The notes under the pieces are model-generated. The model made no database searches and had not been told where the DNA came from. It saw only the letters and a list, made by a program, of their open reading frames with translations. A DNA stretch of 64,000 bases from NCBI RefSeq assembly GCF_964194025.1, contig NC_134468.1, positions 83,824,001 through 83,888,000 on the forward strand, read 5' to 3'. Each line of letters starts with the position of its first letter. Within the stretch, counting starts at the first letter, position 1. A program made the translations under genes and the position numbers. Source of the stretch: Convolutriloba macropyga. Lineage: Eukaryota. Shown here piece by piece: positions 1 to 12,999 of the stretch.

Positions 1-181
1 GCGTTATCTGAATTTTTCACTCTCACAAATGTCAGCAGATGATCTCAATTGCGCCAAAATTGGTGTAATTTTTCCCCAATAAATTTTAGAGTGTTTTAGT
101 TGCTTATAATAATCTCTATTGATGACCCCTTAATTTTTAGTATTGCTAAAAAATTTTGTCTAATTTTTTCAAAAAAATTAG

Positions 182-660
182 AATATTCAAGCCGGGATGC
201 TTCAATTTTAGTCGGAAAGGTGGCCAAAATTGAGAAACTGCGACAACTTCATTCCAATCCATCAGCCTTCAGTCGTGTAGTGGAGCCCGAAAATGCAATC
301 AACTCGAACAAAATTTATACTCCCGGAAATGACGAACCAATTAAACCTGAAGCGGAGACAACTAACGGTGAAGTTTATGAACAAAAAACAAGAATAACAG
401 CCGCTAAGCAGTCAGATTTTGTGTACTTTGACGATGATGCATACAGCGATGCTGAGCCAGATGACGATTACGACGACAATGATGATGGTAGTGATTATGA
501 CGTCACGAAAGATGTGAAGGAAGGTGGCGTCAAGGTCAACAATAGGGTCCAACATAACAGAAGTATAAGTAGTGGGAGGAGTGAGCGGGCGAGGGGAGGG
601 AGGTACATGGTCGACGAGGATTTCTGTGCTGACGAGTTGAGTGACTCAAGACTGAGGTTG
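182..660 (+). CDS. Probable internal exon (acidic, low-complexity loop), likely of the SLC35F5-like gene
   Basis: Open frame within ORF 100..672, more GC-rich than its flanks; AG at 180-181 after a T-rich tract and GTGAAT donor at 661. No diagnostic motif; assigned by position and strand only. Confidence 0.45.
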
Positions 661-825
661 GTGAATCGTTGATTAATTACTCTCGAACGAAGTTTTGAAG
701 CAATTAATGTAAACGTGTGTCTTTTTTATACAAAATTTTTGCTTGGCGTTTTTGTTCTAGAATGTTCTTTGACTTCTTGATCTTTGTCTTTTTGAGTGAC
801 TTTTTCATACTTAAGTTCTTCATTT

Positions 826-3800
826 TTATAGCTGCGAAGCTGTAAGCTGAGCGAAGCTATATTGCGGTGCTCTTGGTTTTTTTACGACTCGAAGAGGAGT
901 ATTGGTTTTCTCTCGGTCTTTTTTTTACAGGAAGTAGATTTGTTCACGCGGCATTTTGACATAAAAGTGAAAGTGAGAAAAGCTGTCTCGGTGAAGAAAT
1001 TTTCGCTAAGCGAGAGAAGTTTTTTGTTCATGTGCTTCGTTTAGTGAAAATAGTTTTTGACTGAATGGCACATATAGATAACCGTTTTTAGCCGTTTTTT
1101 TGGACTACGTGGCCCAATTTTTTTGCTTTCAATTTGGTTTCTTATAGAAATAAAGTTTATTCGATACTATGTTGAAATGTCAACTTCGGAAATTGATTCC
1201 AAAATGTTTTACAGAGCCCGAAAATGCGTTTCAAGTTGAAAATTGGCACATATTTCTTGATTTTTAGTTAATTCTTGGCTTTTTTCTATTAATTTCTTCA
1301 TTTTTGGATCTTTTAACCGTCTTTTTGTCAAAAATCAGTTAATATGGCAACTTCTCTTTGATAATTCATATACTCAATGCCTCTTTCTACTTCGATGTAA
1401 TTTTGTTTTATAAAATTTACATATGCTAATCCGATTTTGATGTTTTTTTCCGATTTTCGTCAGTTTTTTTTGTTTGTATTTTGGTTGTAATTGCTAGAAA
1501 TAGTCTTTTTGTGCATGATGAGGAACTTTAATTTCGTTTCAATAACAATTCAATCATTTTTTGGCGTTAGGTTTTTGAAAAACTTTTTCATAAATGCTGT
1601 CTTAAAAGTTTTTTGACCATTTTTTGCAAAATGTTTCAATTTTTGGTATTTATGAATTCTGCCTTTTCCTATTTTTTGTTTTCTTCAGGAGAATAAATAT
1701 TTGTATCGGATGATTAGTTATCTTTTTTATGTCTGGAAAGCTGAACAATGAAATGTATTCGTTTTTCTTGAATTTTTTAATGATTTTTAACTTTCAAAAG
1801 TCAAGAATGTTTTTATTACGGTGTTCCTTACATTGTGCCCATATTCTTTACATTCTAGTTAGTATCTTTTATCTTTGTCCTGGCACCTAAATTTATTTTC
1901 GGTATATTGATTTTTTCAGTTGCTTAAAAATGAATGATTTTAGCTTTTTCTTAGATTTTCGTCATTTCTTTGGTTTGCATTTGATTTCATTTAACATAAG
2001 GCAGTACTGAGAGTTTGACAGCAAGCCTTCTCCTCAATTTCCACTTAAGACTATTTGTTGCAACTTTCCTCCGGTCTTGGTATTACATTAAAAGATTTTT
2101 TGCCTTCGAATATTCTGCTGCTAATGTCTTTTCTATGATCAATTTAATTTTTGAGTTAGTATGAAATATGTTGTCTATCATATGTACAGCAAGGAACAAT
2201 TGTGTGTTGTTTTTTGTCTTAATTGCAGTGATTAGAAGTGTATTTATAGGTGTTTTCTGAGTCTTAAATTTGAGCTTTCTTTTTTGAAAAGATTTAACTT
2301 AGTTTCTAAGATTATTATCTGCCGCTTGCTTTCGCGATCTTTTTCAGATTAAAATCATGAATTATTTGAGGGCAATTGATAATTTTGTCAGCTTTTTCAG
2401 TCTATCATTTTTTTGACAACTTTAATTATTTCGGATTTTTAACGTTACCAAACGTTTGCAATGATATAAAATTTTGCTGCATTTTGTTTCAGTTGGTGAC
2501 AGTGGTTTAAGTTTCACCAATTTTTAGAGCAGACCTGGAGAGGTAGTGAGTTAATGGTTTAATAAAAAATGTAGTGGCTCCCGCTGCAATTACGGTTTTG
2601 TTAGTGAAGTTTTGATGCTTTGAGTCGCTTCGGGAATTCTTCCGGCTATGTTTTTTGTTTCGTCGTCTGACGCTCTTTTTTCGTTTTACATTTGTTCACA
2701 CAGCAAAGATGAAAGTCATATTTTCTGAATGACTTTTTCCTCTCACTAACGGCATTTGCGCTTGTGGCGTCATTTCTCACTCGCTTTAGCGAAAGTTTTT
2801 CGGTTATTTGCGTGATTAGATTTTGATCATACGTGACTTACCTCACTCAATAAAATGACTTTTGCTGCATTTTGTTTCAGTTGGTGACAGTGGTTTAAGT
2901 TTCACCAATTTTTAGAGCAGACCTGGAGAGGTAGTGAGTTAATGGTTTAATAAAAAATGTAGTGGCTCCCGCTGCAATTACGGTTTTGTTAGTGAAGTTT
3001 TGATGCTTTGAGTCGCTTCCGGAATTCTTCCGGCTATGTTTTTTGTTTCGTCGTCTGACGCTCTTTTTTCGTTTTACATTTGTTCACACAGCAAAGATGA
3101 AAAAGTCATATTTTCTGAATGACTTTTTCCTCTCACTAACGGCATTTGCGCTTGTGGCGTCATTTCTCACTCGCTTTAGCGAAAGTTTTTCGGTTATTTG
3201 CGTGATTAGATTTTGATCATACGTGACTTACCTCACTCAATAAAATGACTTTTGCTGCATTTTGTTTCAGTTGGTGACAGTGGTTTAAGTTTCACCAATT
3301 TTTAGAGCAGACCTGGAGAGGTAGTGAGTTAATGGTTTAATACAAAATGTAGTGGCTCCCGCTGCAATTACGGTTTTGTTAGTGAAATTTTGATGCTTCG
3401 AGTCGCTTCCGGAATTCTTCCGGCTATGTTTTTTGTTTCATCGTCTGACGCTCTTTTTTCGTTTTACATTTGTTCACACAGCAAAGCTGAAAAGGTCAAA
3501 TTTTCTGAATGACTTCTTACTCTCACTAGCGACATTTGCGCGCGTGACGTCATTTCTCACTCGCTTTAGCGAAAGTTTTTCGGTTATTTGCGTGATAAGA
3601 TTTTGATCATACGTGACTTACCTCACTCAATAAAATGACTTTTGCACTTTTAAACTTAACTTTTAATTTGAATTTGTTTAAGGTCAAAGGAACTCAATTG
3701 TGCAGTAAAGGTCCCTAATAAGAGGCTTTTGCGGAATGAATTTTAACAAGCTTTATTAATTTATCGCTGAATGTTTTTTACCCAGATTTTTGAGCGGCGT

Positions 3801-3899
3801 CGATTTTTTTCAATTTAGATCTTTATCTGTTTCTATCTCTATTATATGGCACGCAGGTCTATTCTTCCGCAGCTATTCCGGCAATCTACCGGCTCTGTT
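826..3899 (+). mobile_element. Family B Helentron/HINE-like non-autonomous element
   Basis: 5' TTATAGCTGCGAAG; 3' subterminal inverted copy CTTCCGCAGCTA followed by hairpin CCGGcaatctaCCGG and TT. The same ends recur at 36796-37734. Confidence 0.65.
2472..3645. repeat. Tandem repeat, ~389-bp unit x3, inside the family B element
   Basis: TTTTGCTGCATTTTGTTTCAGTTGGTGACAG recurs at ~2472, 2860 and 3250; units nearly identical. Confidence 0.95.
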
Positions 3900-4107
3900 C
3901 GAGTTATCCAAGTTGCTCTCTTTCGAATTAAAAATTTTGCTTGAAGGAATTGTGAGGGAAACAAAAGCAAAGCCTGTGTAGCTGATTGGTTAATATTGCA
4001 GAGTTCGAACCTCTGAGGGGAAGTTTTTTGCACCCATAAAACATTTCTAAGCTACACCCCCTCTAAATTAAATTTCCCACCTCTGTCGTTCGAGAGAACT
4101 TCGGACG

Positions 4108-4272
4108 TTTTCCGTTTGTGCCCCCCCCCCCCCCGAGCTTAGTGGGCGCATATTATTTGCACCCCCCCAGACACAAGTGGAATATTTTTACAGAATGATT
4201 TACCATGTAATAGCACGTACTGTGTAACTCGGGGGTGCATAAAGTACTGGGGGGGGGGCAAACGGAAAGATC
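4108..4272. mobile_element. Small MITE-like inverted-repeat element
   Basis: TTTCCGTTTG(T)GCCCCC... pairs with ...GGGGGCAAACGGAAA; it sits in the 3' hairpin of the family A copy. Confidence 0.45.
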
Positions 4273-4755
4273 CAGGACGTTAATCGGTTTACGTTTGTCA
4301 AAGAAATAGTTTCAAAGTCTTATCTTTTATTGATGAAGCGTGGCAAGGAGGAAAACTTAGAGCAAAGGAAAACAGTGGAAGCATATATAGCTTCTAACAA
4401 TGATAGTGGCTCGTATAGGTTTAGGTTTGAAAAACTACTGTTCACTTTCGCCAAATGGAATATGACCGTCTATACATGGTATTTATAGACTTTTATTCTT
4501 GTTTATTGTTATTATTGTTAGTCACACCTCTGATTAGGCTGTACAAACCATTAGGAGTGCATAAACACTCGCATTACTTTATTCATGCATGCTAAATTTT
4601 GTTCGCGTGGGAAATGGAATGCATACTTTGAATAATTGTGCAGGACTTTTGCTTTGTACGGGATATTAGTTTTGTTAAATCTCTGAACAGGATGATTTTT
4701 AAAAAAATGTTTAGGAAGTGTTGTGTATATGGATGGTCTGAAGCACGAAGTGTTT

Positions 4756-5519
4756 NNNNNNNNNNNNNNNNNNNNNNNNNNNNNNNNNNNNNNNNNNNNN
4801 NNNNNNNNNNNNNNNNNNNNNNNNNNNNNNNNNNNNNNNNNNNNNNNNNNNNNNNNNNNNNNNNNNNNNNNNNNNNNNNNNNNNNNNNNNNNNNNNNNNN
4901 NNNNNNNNNNNNNNNNNNNNNNNNNNNNNNNNNNNNNNNNNNNNNNNNNNNNNNNNNNNNNNNNNNNNNNNNNNNNNNNNNNNNNNNNNNNNNNNNNNNN
5001 NNNNNNNNNNNNNNNNNNNNNNNNNNNNNNNNNNNNNNNNNNNNNNNNNNNNNNNNNNNNNNNNNNNNNNNNNNNNNNNNNNNNNNNNNNNNNNNNNNNN
5101 NNNNNNNNNNNNNNNNNNNNNNNNNNNNNNNNNNNNNNNNNNNNNNNNNNNNNNNNNNNNNNNNNNNNNNNNNNNNNNNNNNNNNNNNNNNNNNNNNNNN
5201 NNNNNNNNNNNNNNNNNNNNNNNNNNNNNNNNNNNNNNNNNNNNNNNNNNNNNNNNNNNNNNNNNNNNNNNNNNNNNNNNNNNNNNNNNNNNNNNNNNNN
5301 NNNNNNNNNNNNNNNNNNNNNNNNNNNNNNNNNNNNNNNNNNNNNNNNNNNNNNNNNNNNNNNNNNNNNNNNNNNNNNNNNNNNNNNNNNNNNNNNNNNN
5401 NNNNNNNNNNNNNNNNNNNNNNNNNNNNNNNNNNNNNNNNNNNNNNNNNNNNNNNNNNNNNNNNNNNNNNNNNNNNNNNNNNNNNNNNNNNNNNNNNNNN
5501 NNNNNNNNNNNNNNNNNNN
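4756..5519. other. Assembly gap
   Basis: Run of N. Confidence 1.
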
Positions 5520-5660
5520 AAAACGTGAACGAGAAAGAGAAGAAAAAAAACCCCAACCAACACACACACACAGAGACAGAGAGAGAGAAATAGCTAGGAA
5601 AGTTTTCCATGATGAGATTCGACTCTGCAACTTCTATTTTTCTAGCCTTGTAATTAAATC
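5520..5660 (-). repeat. Family C interspersed repeat (inverted partner of 9220-9362)
   Basis: GATTCGACTCTGCAACTTCTA...CTAGCCTTG is the reverse complement of 9247-9280; adjacent (GA)n. Confidence 0.8.
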
Positions 5661-6139
5661 ATATAGAAAAAAACTGAAAAAAGTTCCAGATTTCGCAGTG
5701 AAAAAAGTTCCGAACCATTTTTTTGTCTCTGGAGTTCTTTCATGTTACTCATCTGCAAGACTTGAAAAGTTTCGTTGGCCAGTAATGATCGTTAAACTCA
5801 GTAAAGGACTAAAATATTCAAGAACAATTTCAGATTGTAACAAAATCTTGCTAAAATTCGTTATACTGATATCTTCAGAACCACTTCGTTGTCTCAAGAG
5901 ATTAATCAGTGTCCCTATTTCAAGCCTTAAATGTTTTCACTGGCTCATAAAGATCCATAAACTTGGAACATGATAATAATTGTCCGAAAATTTGGAGAAA
6001 AAAAATATTATCCAAAAATTACTAAAACTGGAGTCATATAAATATTGATCGCCATTCCATTAACTCTAGAAACTATGCAGCAGCTGATTATCAAACCTTG
6101 GAGGGGAGGTCCCAGGGCCCCTGCTGGCGGAAAAGATTC

Positions 6140-6317
6140 AAAAAATTCCAGGGCCTCTAATGAAACTTAATGCCCGCTGGGCGCTACCTGTTTATCCCGT
6201 TTTTAAGGACAAAAGTTCAAATGGGTCAGACGAAAAATCGGTCAAGCAAAAAATCGCATTAAAAAAGACCAACAGGACTAATTTAATTGCTACAAATTTC
6301 GTTTGAGAGCAATTAAA
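6140..6317 (-). mobile_element. Family A element 5' portion, minus strand
   Basis: Reverse complement begins TTAATTGCTCTCAAACGAAATTTGTAGCAATT and matches 7593-7750. Confidence 0.75.
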
Positions 6318-6396
6318 CAATCTCAAGTGACGTTATTTTTATCGCATTAATTGTTTTGAAGGAAATAATTACCCTCTATTGCCAATTACGTTTCAG

Positions 6397-6794
6397 TGCT
6401 GTGGGCGTGGTCTTGGTCACCATGGCTTCCAGTCGGTCTCCACTTCCCCCTTCTCCCCAGCCTCCGAACTCTACAGTGCAGTCGTCCAGTGGTGCCAACT
6501 CCCACAATTCGGTCACGAATCAAACCCAAAGAGGTGCATACTATGTGGTTCTGCCCACAATTCTGGACAATAACGACCAGCATCTGGCATCTGTTGGACC
6601 TGTGAAGAATTCGTGGAAGTCTTTTTTGTCGTTTCCCTCAAATGACGAAGCAGGCTCGACTGAGGGGGGAATTTCGTCAGCACAGTTGGGTGTCATTTGG
6701 GCATTGATGGGCGCATTTGTGTATTCTGTTTACTTGGTCACTTTGAAACACCAAGTTGGAAATGAAGAGAATCTCAATATTGCAATGTTCTATG
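6397..6794 (+). CDS. SLC35F5: SLC35F5-like solute carrier, exon (AVGVVLVTM...GVIWALMGAFVYSVYLVTLK...LNIAMFYG)
   Basis: TTTCAG acceptor and G|GTGAGT donor; transmembrane segments match the SLC35F5 pattern; phase joins the next exon as G|FVG. Confidence 0.85.
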
Positions 6795-7592
6795 GTGAGT
6801 TGTCTGTTTTTACTATCTATACTATGTATACAAATAGAATTTGATAATTATAAATTTTACTTTAAAAAATAAATTCTAATTTGAAAAAAAATAGGTTTTT
6901 GCGTAGTTTTTTTAAACTAGTGTTTTAATGCTTTCATGATTCAGCTCTTAAGTTTTTTTTGCATTAAACCAACTGTTGAGAGCAGTTTAGGAGAAACCTT
7001 TAAATGTATCTTTTTTTCACAACTCTTTTTGTGTTCAGTGCTTCAGTCATTTTAATTTAAAAAATCCATGACATCAGATCATTCATGAGCAGTTGGCTTC
7101 TTTCAGGTAGCACAGATGTTTCATAAAAGAAGGACGCTACTTGCCGGGTGTTTCCTACAATTTTGCTTTTTTGTCCTGGTGTGTTTTCTTGCAGCAAGTT
7201 TTTTAGCCCCGTGGTCTTTTGTTCTGGATCAGATTTTGTCTGACGCTTTTAAATCTTGAAATCAACGGGATAAACAGGCAAAGCACGTTTTTAAGAGATA
7301 AGTAAGTGAAATTCGCAAAGCATGCTTTCATATTTTTGCAGCTCGTGTTCAATTTTTTGCTGTGGTCTCAGCAGTCTTTCACGGCTTCTATCCGGAAATT
7401 ATGTGCAATGTTTTTTATTGTTATCTTTGCACTTGACTATTCTCATTTTGATTAGGGAAAAACTTGGTTTTTGTATTTACTTCTGTTGTATAAAGATAAA
7501 TTTTGTTTTCTGTTTTGTTCAATGAGCTAATTATTTATCATTTGACTGTATTGTTGGCTCCAAAGAAATTGTTAATTAACATGGAACTATTT

Positions 7593-7960
7593 TTAATTGC
7601 TCTCAAACGAAGTTTGTAACAATTATTTTAGTCCTGTCGGTCTTTTTTATGCGGGTCTTTTTGCTTCACCAATTTTTCGTTTGACGCTTATGACTTTTCG
7701 TCCTCAAAAACAGGTAGCGCCCAAGGGGCATTAAGTGCTTTAAGAGCCTTTCAGCTCACTAGTCTTCAAGTATGCGATTCACAAAATCTATTTTGGAAAC
7801 CTATACTAATGGTGTGAAGGGCTGTTCTTAGAGGTTGAAGACCCCTCCACTGTTGACCACCCCAATATTGCACACACCCCGCGCACTGTTTTCCCCACCC
7901 CACTGTTGCCCCCATCAGCCCTCGGTACATCACCCCAGGCTTCTAGCTATTGACGAACAA
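7593..7960 (+). mobile_element. Family A element 5' portion
   Basis: TTAATTGCTCTCAAACGAAGTTTGTAACAATT start; body similar to 9519-9935. Confidence 0.7.
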
Positions 7961-8039
7961 CCGCTATACTGTTTTGCATTTTTTTTCAAGCTTTTCGAAA
8001 ATTTTTGGATTTTTGGATTTTTTGGATTGACGTTTTTGG

Positions 8040-9200
8040 ATTTTTATCATCACTTGGTATCAGGAACCCTCTCTAGGTTTTAAAAAATAATAGGTTACTC
8101 AATAGTTTCTAGTGGTAATGGAATGGTTTCAACATTTTAACATCACGAGTTTTAGCATTTTTTTTTTTACAAAACGTGCAATTTTTTTCCAGCTTTTTTG
8201 ACATTTATTTTTCCTTATTCAGGTCTTTCCAGGTCTTAGGGCAGAAAACATCCTAAGGGGTTTGATAATGAGTTACGGACAATTTTTTTTTGGAATAGTT
8301 CTTCTATTTTTTATTGTTACAAATTTTAGCAATTCTTTGATTGAACTTGCCATTTTTTTAAGTTTTTTGATAATTTTTTAAAATTTTTTTTGGTTTATCC
8401 AGCCTCAAGAGCCAAGGATCCTCTTTTAGGGTTTGAAAATAGGTTACTGTATAATTTCTAGAAGAAGTAGAATGTCTTGCAAGATTTTGACATCACAGAT
8501 TTTAGCATTCATTTGACATATTTCGCCATTTTGGTTTTCAAGTTTTTGACATTTAGTCATTTTTTCAGGTTTTTTGAGCCTCAAGGTTTGATAATAAGTT
8601 ACTGGAAAATTTTAAATGGTCATTGATCAATTTTCAACTTTTCAATATCACAAGTCTTTGCAATTTTTTATAAATTGCAATTTTAAGTTTTCTGAATTTT
8701 TTTTAGGTTTCTCTAGCATCAGGGGCCACGGAACTTCCTCTAAGGTTTGACAATGTTTCTGCATAGTTTATAGAATATAATGGATCGTTTTCTTAAGACT
8801 TTGATATCGCGAATTCCAGCAATTTTTTCATTTTTTTGAAATTTTCTGGCACCAGGGGCCCTGGGACCTCCTCCAAGGTTTGATAATAAGCTGCTACATA
8901 GTTTCTAGAGTTAATGGGATGGTGATCTATATTGTTTTTGACTCAAGTTTTAGTAATTTTTAGATAAAATTTCAAATCAATATGCAAGTTTATGGATCTT
9001 TGAACCAGTGAAACTATTTCAGGCTTGAAACAGGGATACTGGAGATTTTGTTAAAATTTGCAATTGTTTCCAAAGTTTTTCATTATTTTGGTCCTTTTTT
9101 GAGCTTGACAACCATTACTGGCCAACAAAAGTTTCAAGTCTCGGAGATGGGTTACTTGACATAACTTTTGAGAAAAAAAATTGTTTTAAAACTTTTTTTT
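8040..9200. repeat. Degenerate intronic tandem repeat (~130-190 bp units)
   Basis: Core resembling CTAAGGTTTGATAATAAGTTACT...TTTCTAG recurs about 7-8 times with T-rich spacers. Confidence 0.6.
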
Positions 9201-9219
9201 TTAATTTTTTGATATTTCA

Positions 9220-9362
9220 GTTTTTCTGTATGATTTAATTACTAACAAGGCTAGAAAACTAGAAGTTGCAGAGTCGAATCCCCTCATGGAAAATATTCCT
9301 ATCCCTATTTCTCTCTCTCTCTCTGTCGGTTAGGGTATTTTCCTTTTTCTCGTTTACGTTTA
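9220..9362 (+). repeat. Family C interspersed repeat
   Basis: Inverted homolog of 5520-5660. Confidence 0.8.
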
Positions 9363-9518
9363 TACCTCTCTCTCGCTCTCTCTCTCTTTTGTTGATGCCG
9401 CGCTTCAGCTGCTGTTATTTGGCGTAATGTCATCATCTCTCATCCTCATTAACAATGAGTTGTATTAGAAATGTTCTTATCTTAAGTGACTTAACAGGCA
9501 CTTTTTAGGAAATCTTTT

Positions 9519-9935
9519 TTAATTGCTCTCAAAAGGAATTTGTAACAAATATTAATCCTGTTTGTCTCATGCAATTCTTTGCGTGACAGATTTTTTGTCT
9601 GACCCATTTGACATTTCGTCCTCATAAACACGATGAAGATATAGCGCCCAGTCGGCAGTAATTTTTCTCAGAGCTTTTCAGCTCACTAGTCGCCGAGGAT
9701 GCGATTGACAGAAACTTGTTTTGGAGTCGTACAATTATGGTGCGAAGGGCGGTTATTAGAAATTGATTCCACGCCGCCACATCCGTCCGCTCTCAATCCA
9801 CTTTTGCACCCCCGCTTCGGTGCACCCCCGCTGCGCTCATCTTACGCAGCTTCAATTAAATTAAACCGTGGCTACTAAAAAATCCAACCGCTTGCCGGTC
9901 GTTTGAGAGCAGTTTGCCCGACGTTAGTCGGTTAT
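9519..9935 (+). mobile_element. Family A element, complete
   Basis: AATTGCTCTCAAA... 5' end; TCGTTTGAGAGCAGTT plus hairpin CCGACgttaGTCGG at the 3' end. Confidence 0.75.
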
Positions 9936-10897
9936 TTTTTGTTTTGAGATTCTTTTTGGCAGAGACGACTTTTTGAGTCGTTGAATGATTTTTGAAGTCT
10001 ATTTTGGTCAGGACGAAGAATGAAGTGGAGTGAAAAATCGAGAAGTGTTGCGGCGTTAAATATTTCACTCGAATTTGTGTTTAAGCAAATATATGTTGTA
10101 CCAAAATTTGGTTTTCTTGATGGTTGTTTTTTGTTTACATTCGGCAATTTGATTTTGATTTTTTACTGTATTTCAAGTGTTTCAGTTTTTTCCTATAATG
10201 GCTGTTGAAATGCAATCCTAGACATTTTAGGTCTTCATTTTTGTTTAGTCAATAAACACTTTTTGAATTGTAATTCGGTTACTCGTTTTTTACTTTGCTA
10301 GACAAGAATTATTTTCGCTTTACCTCAATTAGCTGACTTCTTTTACATTTAGCGTGAAAGCGTTATCTTTTCTATTCTAGTTATACTCTTCTTGCATTGT
10401 GCTGAAAGTGCTTTTAAACAGCAGTTGCTCAGCAAATCAAACTAAAATGAACACTTACTGTTGAAGAATATCAAAAATGAAAACGGGATAAACCCATACA
10501 TAATTCATTCCAGTTGCCTGATAATAAAATCATTTAGTTGTTGAATATTAAGGAAACGTGTTTTTCAATTGTATTCATTAGTTTATTTTCTTTTTGAAAA
10601 CCGGGGGAAAACAAGCAATTTCAAAAACATTCATATGACAATTCTTAATGACTATTTTATATTTCTGTAATGCATTGAAAGAGGTTTTTGTTTGAAATCT
10701 GGTCCTTTTACATTTTTGTAGCTTCTGGGCTGATCGAGCTATCGCGTAATTTGGATTTTTAAAGTTTATTTGGAATTTTTCCTAGGTAACGCAGAGTACT
10801 GGGCGAGCCCTCTTGTTTTTTATATTATTACTTGACGGCTTCAAAACTCGTCTCTCGAATACGCTTGGTATGTTCCTTAGAGCCTTTTTCTTTTCAG

Positions 10898-11148
10898 GCT
10901 TTGTGGGAGTGTTCAACATGGTGCTGATTGGACCTGGCTTGTATGTTTTCCATGCGCTGGGATGGGAGAAGTTCGAATTGCCTCCTCCGGATACTCTGGG
11001 CTACATTGTTATTAACGGATTAGTTGGCACTGTGTTATCTGAGTTCTTGTGGCTCTGGGGCTGTTTTCTGACATCATCCTTGGCTGCTACTCTTTCACTG
11101 TCTATGACCACACCACTATCTATGTTAACTGACGCAGTGTTTAGACAT
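10898..11148 (+). CDS. SLC35F5: SLC35F5-like exon (FVGVFNM...INGLVGTVLSEFLWLWGCFLTSSLAATLSLSMTTPLSMLTD)
   Basis: Highly conserved SLC35F5 motif GTVLSEFLWLWGCFLTSSL; TTTCAG acceptor and GTAAGC donor. Confidence 0.95.
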
Positions 11149-11598
11149 GTAAGCCACGATGCTAGCTTTTTAGTGTTTTGTTAATTTTTTTCCCAGAGGA
11201 ACGTGACGTTTTGCCTAAATTTTGCAACCCGATTAAAAATAAACTATGAAGTAGTTTTGACGAAGTATGGGTTTTAATGGTTTTATTTTGGCCATATTTT
11301 TCATTGGTTGCTAAATATATAAATTGAAAAATGTTATACGCAGTATAATATTAATCAAATTTTCACATCGTTTGTTGCTTTCGTATTTTTAGCACTAGAA
11401 CGTTTTGCATTAGAAAGTTTCATTTCATTTGTCTTTTGTTAACTTTCAGAATTTTTAAATTTGTTTAGTGAGAGTTGGTTTTCGCTAAGTCAACCAATGT
11501 GGAATTCTTTAAATAATAAAGAAGCAGAAAAGATTTTTTTTGAATGAAAAGACAAATTTTTTCTAATTCGGCTTTTTGCTGAATGCGTTTGGTTTTAG

Positions 11599-11921
11599 CA
11601 ACACTTCTCTTGGCATCTGTACGTCGGAAGCGTCCCAGTGGTGCTGTCCTTCTTCCTTGTCACCATTTTCCAGCAATACAATAACTGGGATCCTCTAGGA
11701 GATCTCTTCTCTAGAATATCATCGAGAACTCATTCCAGAAAACGTCGGTCATCGCCAGGGGGTCCAAAAGACTCACGTGATGATGGATCGGGTGGAAGCA
11801 GAGGCGGTCGAGTGGGAGGAGTGACGGCTGCGGCAACCTGTGGATCTCGGAAGTTGAGACGGGCAGCGAGAGGGGCGACTACGGGATTCTTGAGCAATGT
11901 CATCCCTAAAAAGAAAAAGAA
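11599..11921 (+). CDS. SLC35F5: SLC35F5-like exon (QHFSWHLYVGSVPVVLSFFLVTIFQQYNNWDP...)
   Basis: YNNWDP motif after the last TM helix; phase-0 acceptor TTTTAG; donor GTTAGT at 11922. Confidence 0.9.
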
Positions 11922-12273
11922 GTTAGTTTCAACCTGTACTTAATAAAATTAGAGAAATTTGACTTTCGTTTCAGCTCTCATAGAAATTTCATCTACGTGA
12001 GTTATTGTATATTTCTGACGAGGAAATTTCAATGATATCAGAAAACAGCCATAATTTCAGAGTTCCTTCAATCTGACAGTTAGTCTCCAATCATTGTACA
12101 AGAATTTAGTCACCGACTATCCTTGACAGATATTTTGTATTATAAGTAAGATTTTATCAAGTTCTTTGTTAATAATGGCCAGCTTTGCTATTAAAATGTT
12201 TTCTTTTGAATGGATGCCATCTAGAGCGTGAGCTGTATGTCCAATGTTCATTTTCAAATATACGAATTTCTAG

Positions 12274-12463
12274 ATCCGGAGTGAGGTTGAGTGTGGAGGC
12301 AGACAGTTGTTCATCAGATGAAGACACACGCTGTCTCGTCATCTCCTCTCCATCCTCTCCAAACTCTTCACCAACCCCGTCATCCCCTCCAGATCCACCA
12401 GAGTCCCACCAGGAGACGCTGGACCAAGGCAGCCGTATCCAAGCGAATAATAACTCATCCTAA
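12274..12463 (+). CDS. SLC35F5: SLC35F5-like terminal exon (Ser/Pro-rich tail)
   Basis: TTTCTAG acceptor, phase-2 compatible with the previous donor; ends at TAA 12463. Confidence 0.7.
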
Positions 12464-12999
12464 CTATCATAATCATTATTTTACGTCACTTACGAATGGA
12501 TAATATTGAAGTCGTTAGTACTTGCACGTCTTGTTTGATGTGTTATTGGATCGAACGGAGCTTTGGTCTCTATTAGTTTGGAGCTTTTTATTTTAGCAAT
12601 GCTTTAGAATGAATTTTATGGATGTTTATCATTGCAAATTTATGAATATATTGAGGTTTATTGGATATCTTGCTTTCTGTATTAGTTTTTAATGACTGGG
12701 CGTTTACAACAGCATGCATCAAGTTTTCCAGATCTACGATATTAAAGAAGTCAGATGTCTTCCCTATAATTGACTTGCAGACCCCCAGATAAGTGGGGTT
12801 AGAAATTATCAGACCCTATTTTCCATAGAGCCAAACATATTGTGCAGTTAGGTATACTATGTAGAACCTCAACAAAAACGTGCTCGTGAGAAACTTTTAA
12901 CTTAATTGGTCTCGAACGAAGTTTTATGCAATTTGTTTTCTGCTGGTAAAACAAATTTCCAAAAAGCTGCTTTCGAGAACAGTGGATGCTTTTCTGGAA

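Larger units (their letters stand above)
675..4100 (+). mobile_element. Family A Helentron/HINE-like element, interrupted by a family B insertion
   Basis: 5' AATTACTCTCGAACGA at 675 and inverted TCGTTCGAGAG at ~4087. The sequence either side of 826-3899 rejoins into the body seen in uninterrupted copies at 37851 and 38981. Decayed tRNA-like segment at ~3972-4020. Confidence 0.65.

Noticed and set aside
4551-5973. Long ORFs in the track spanning 4551-5973, and similarly 20603-21154 and 24970-25317
   Set aside because: Artefacts of translating N runs.
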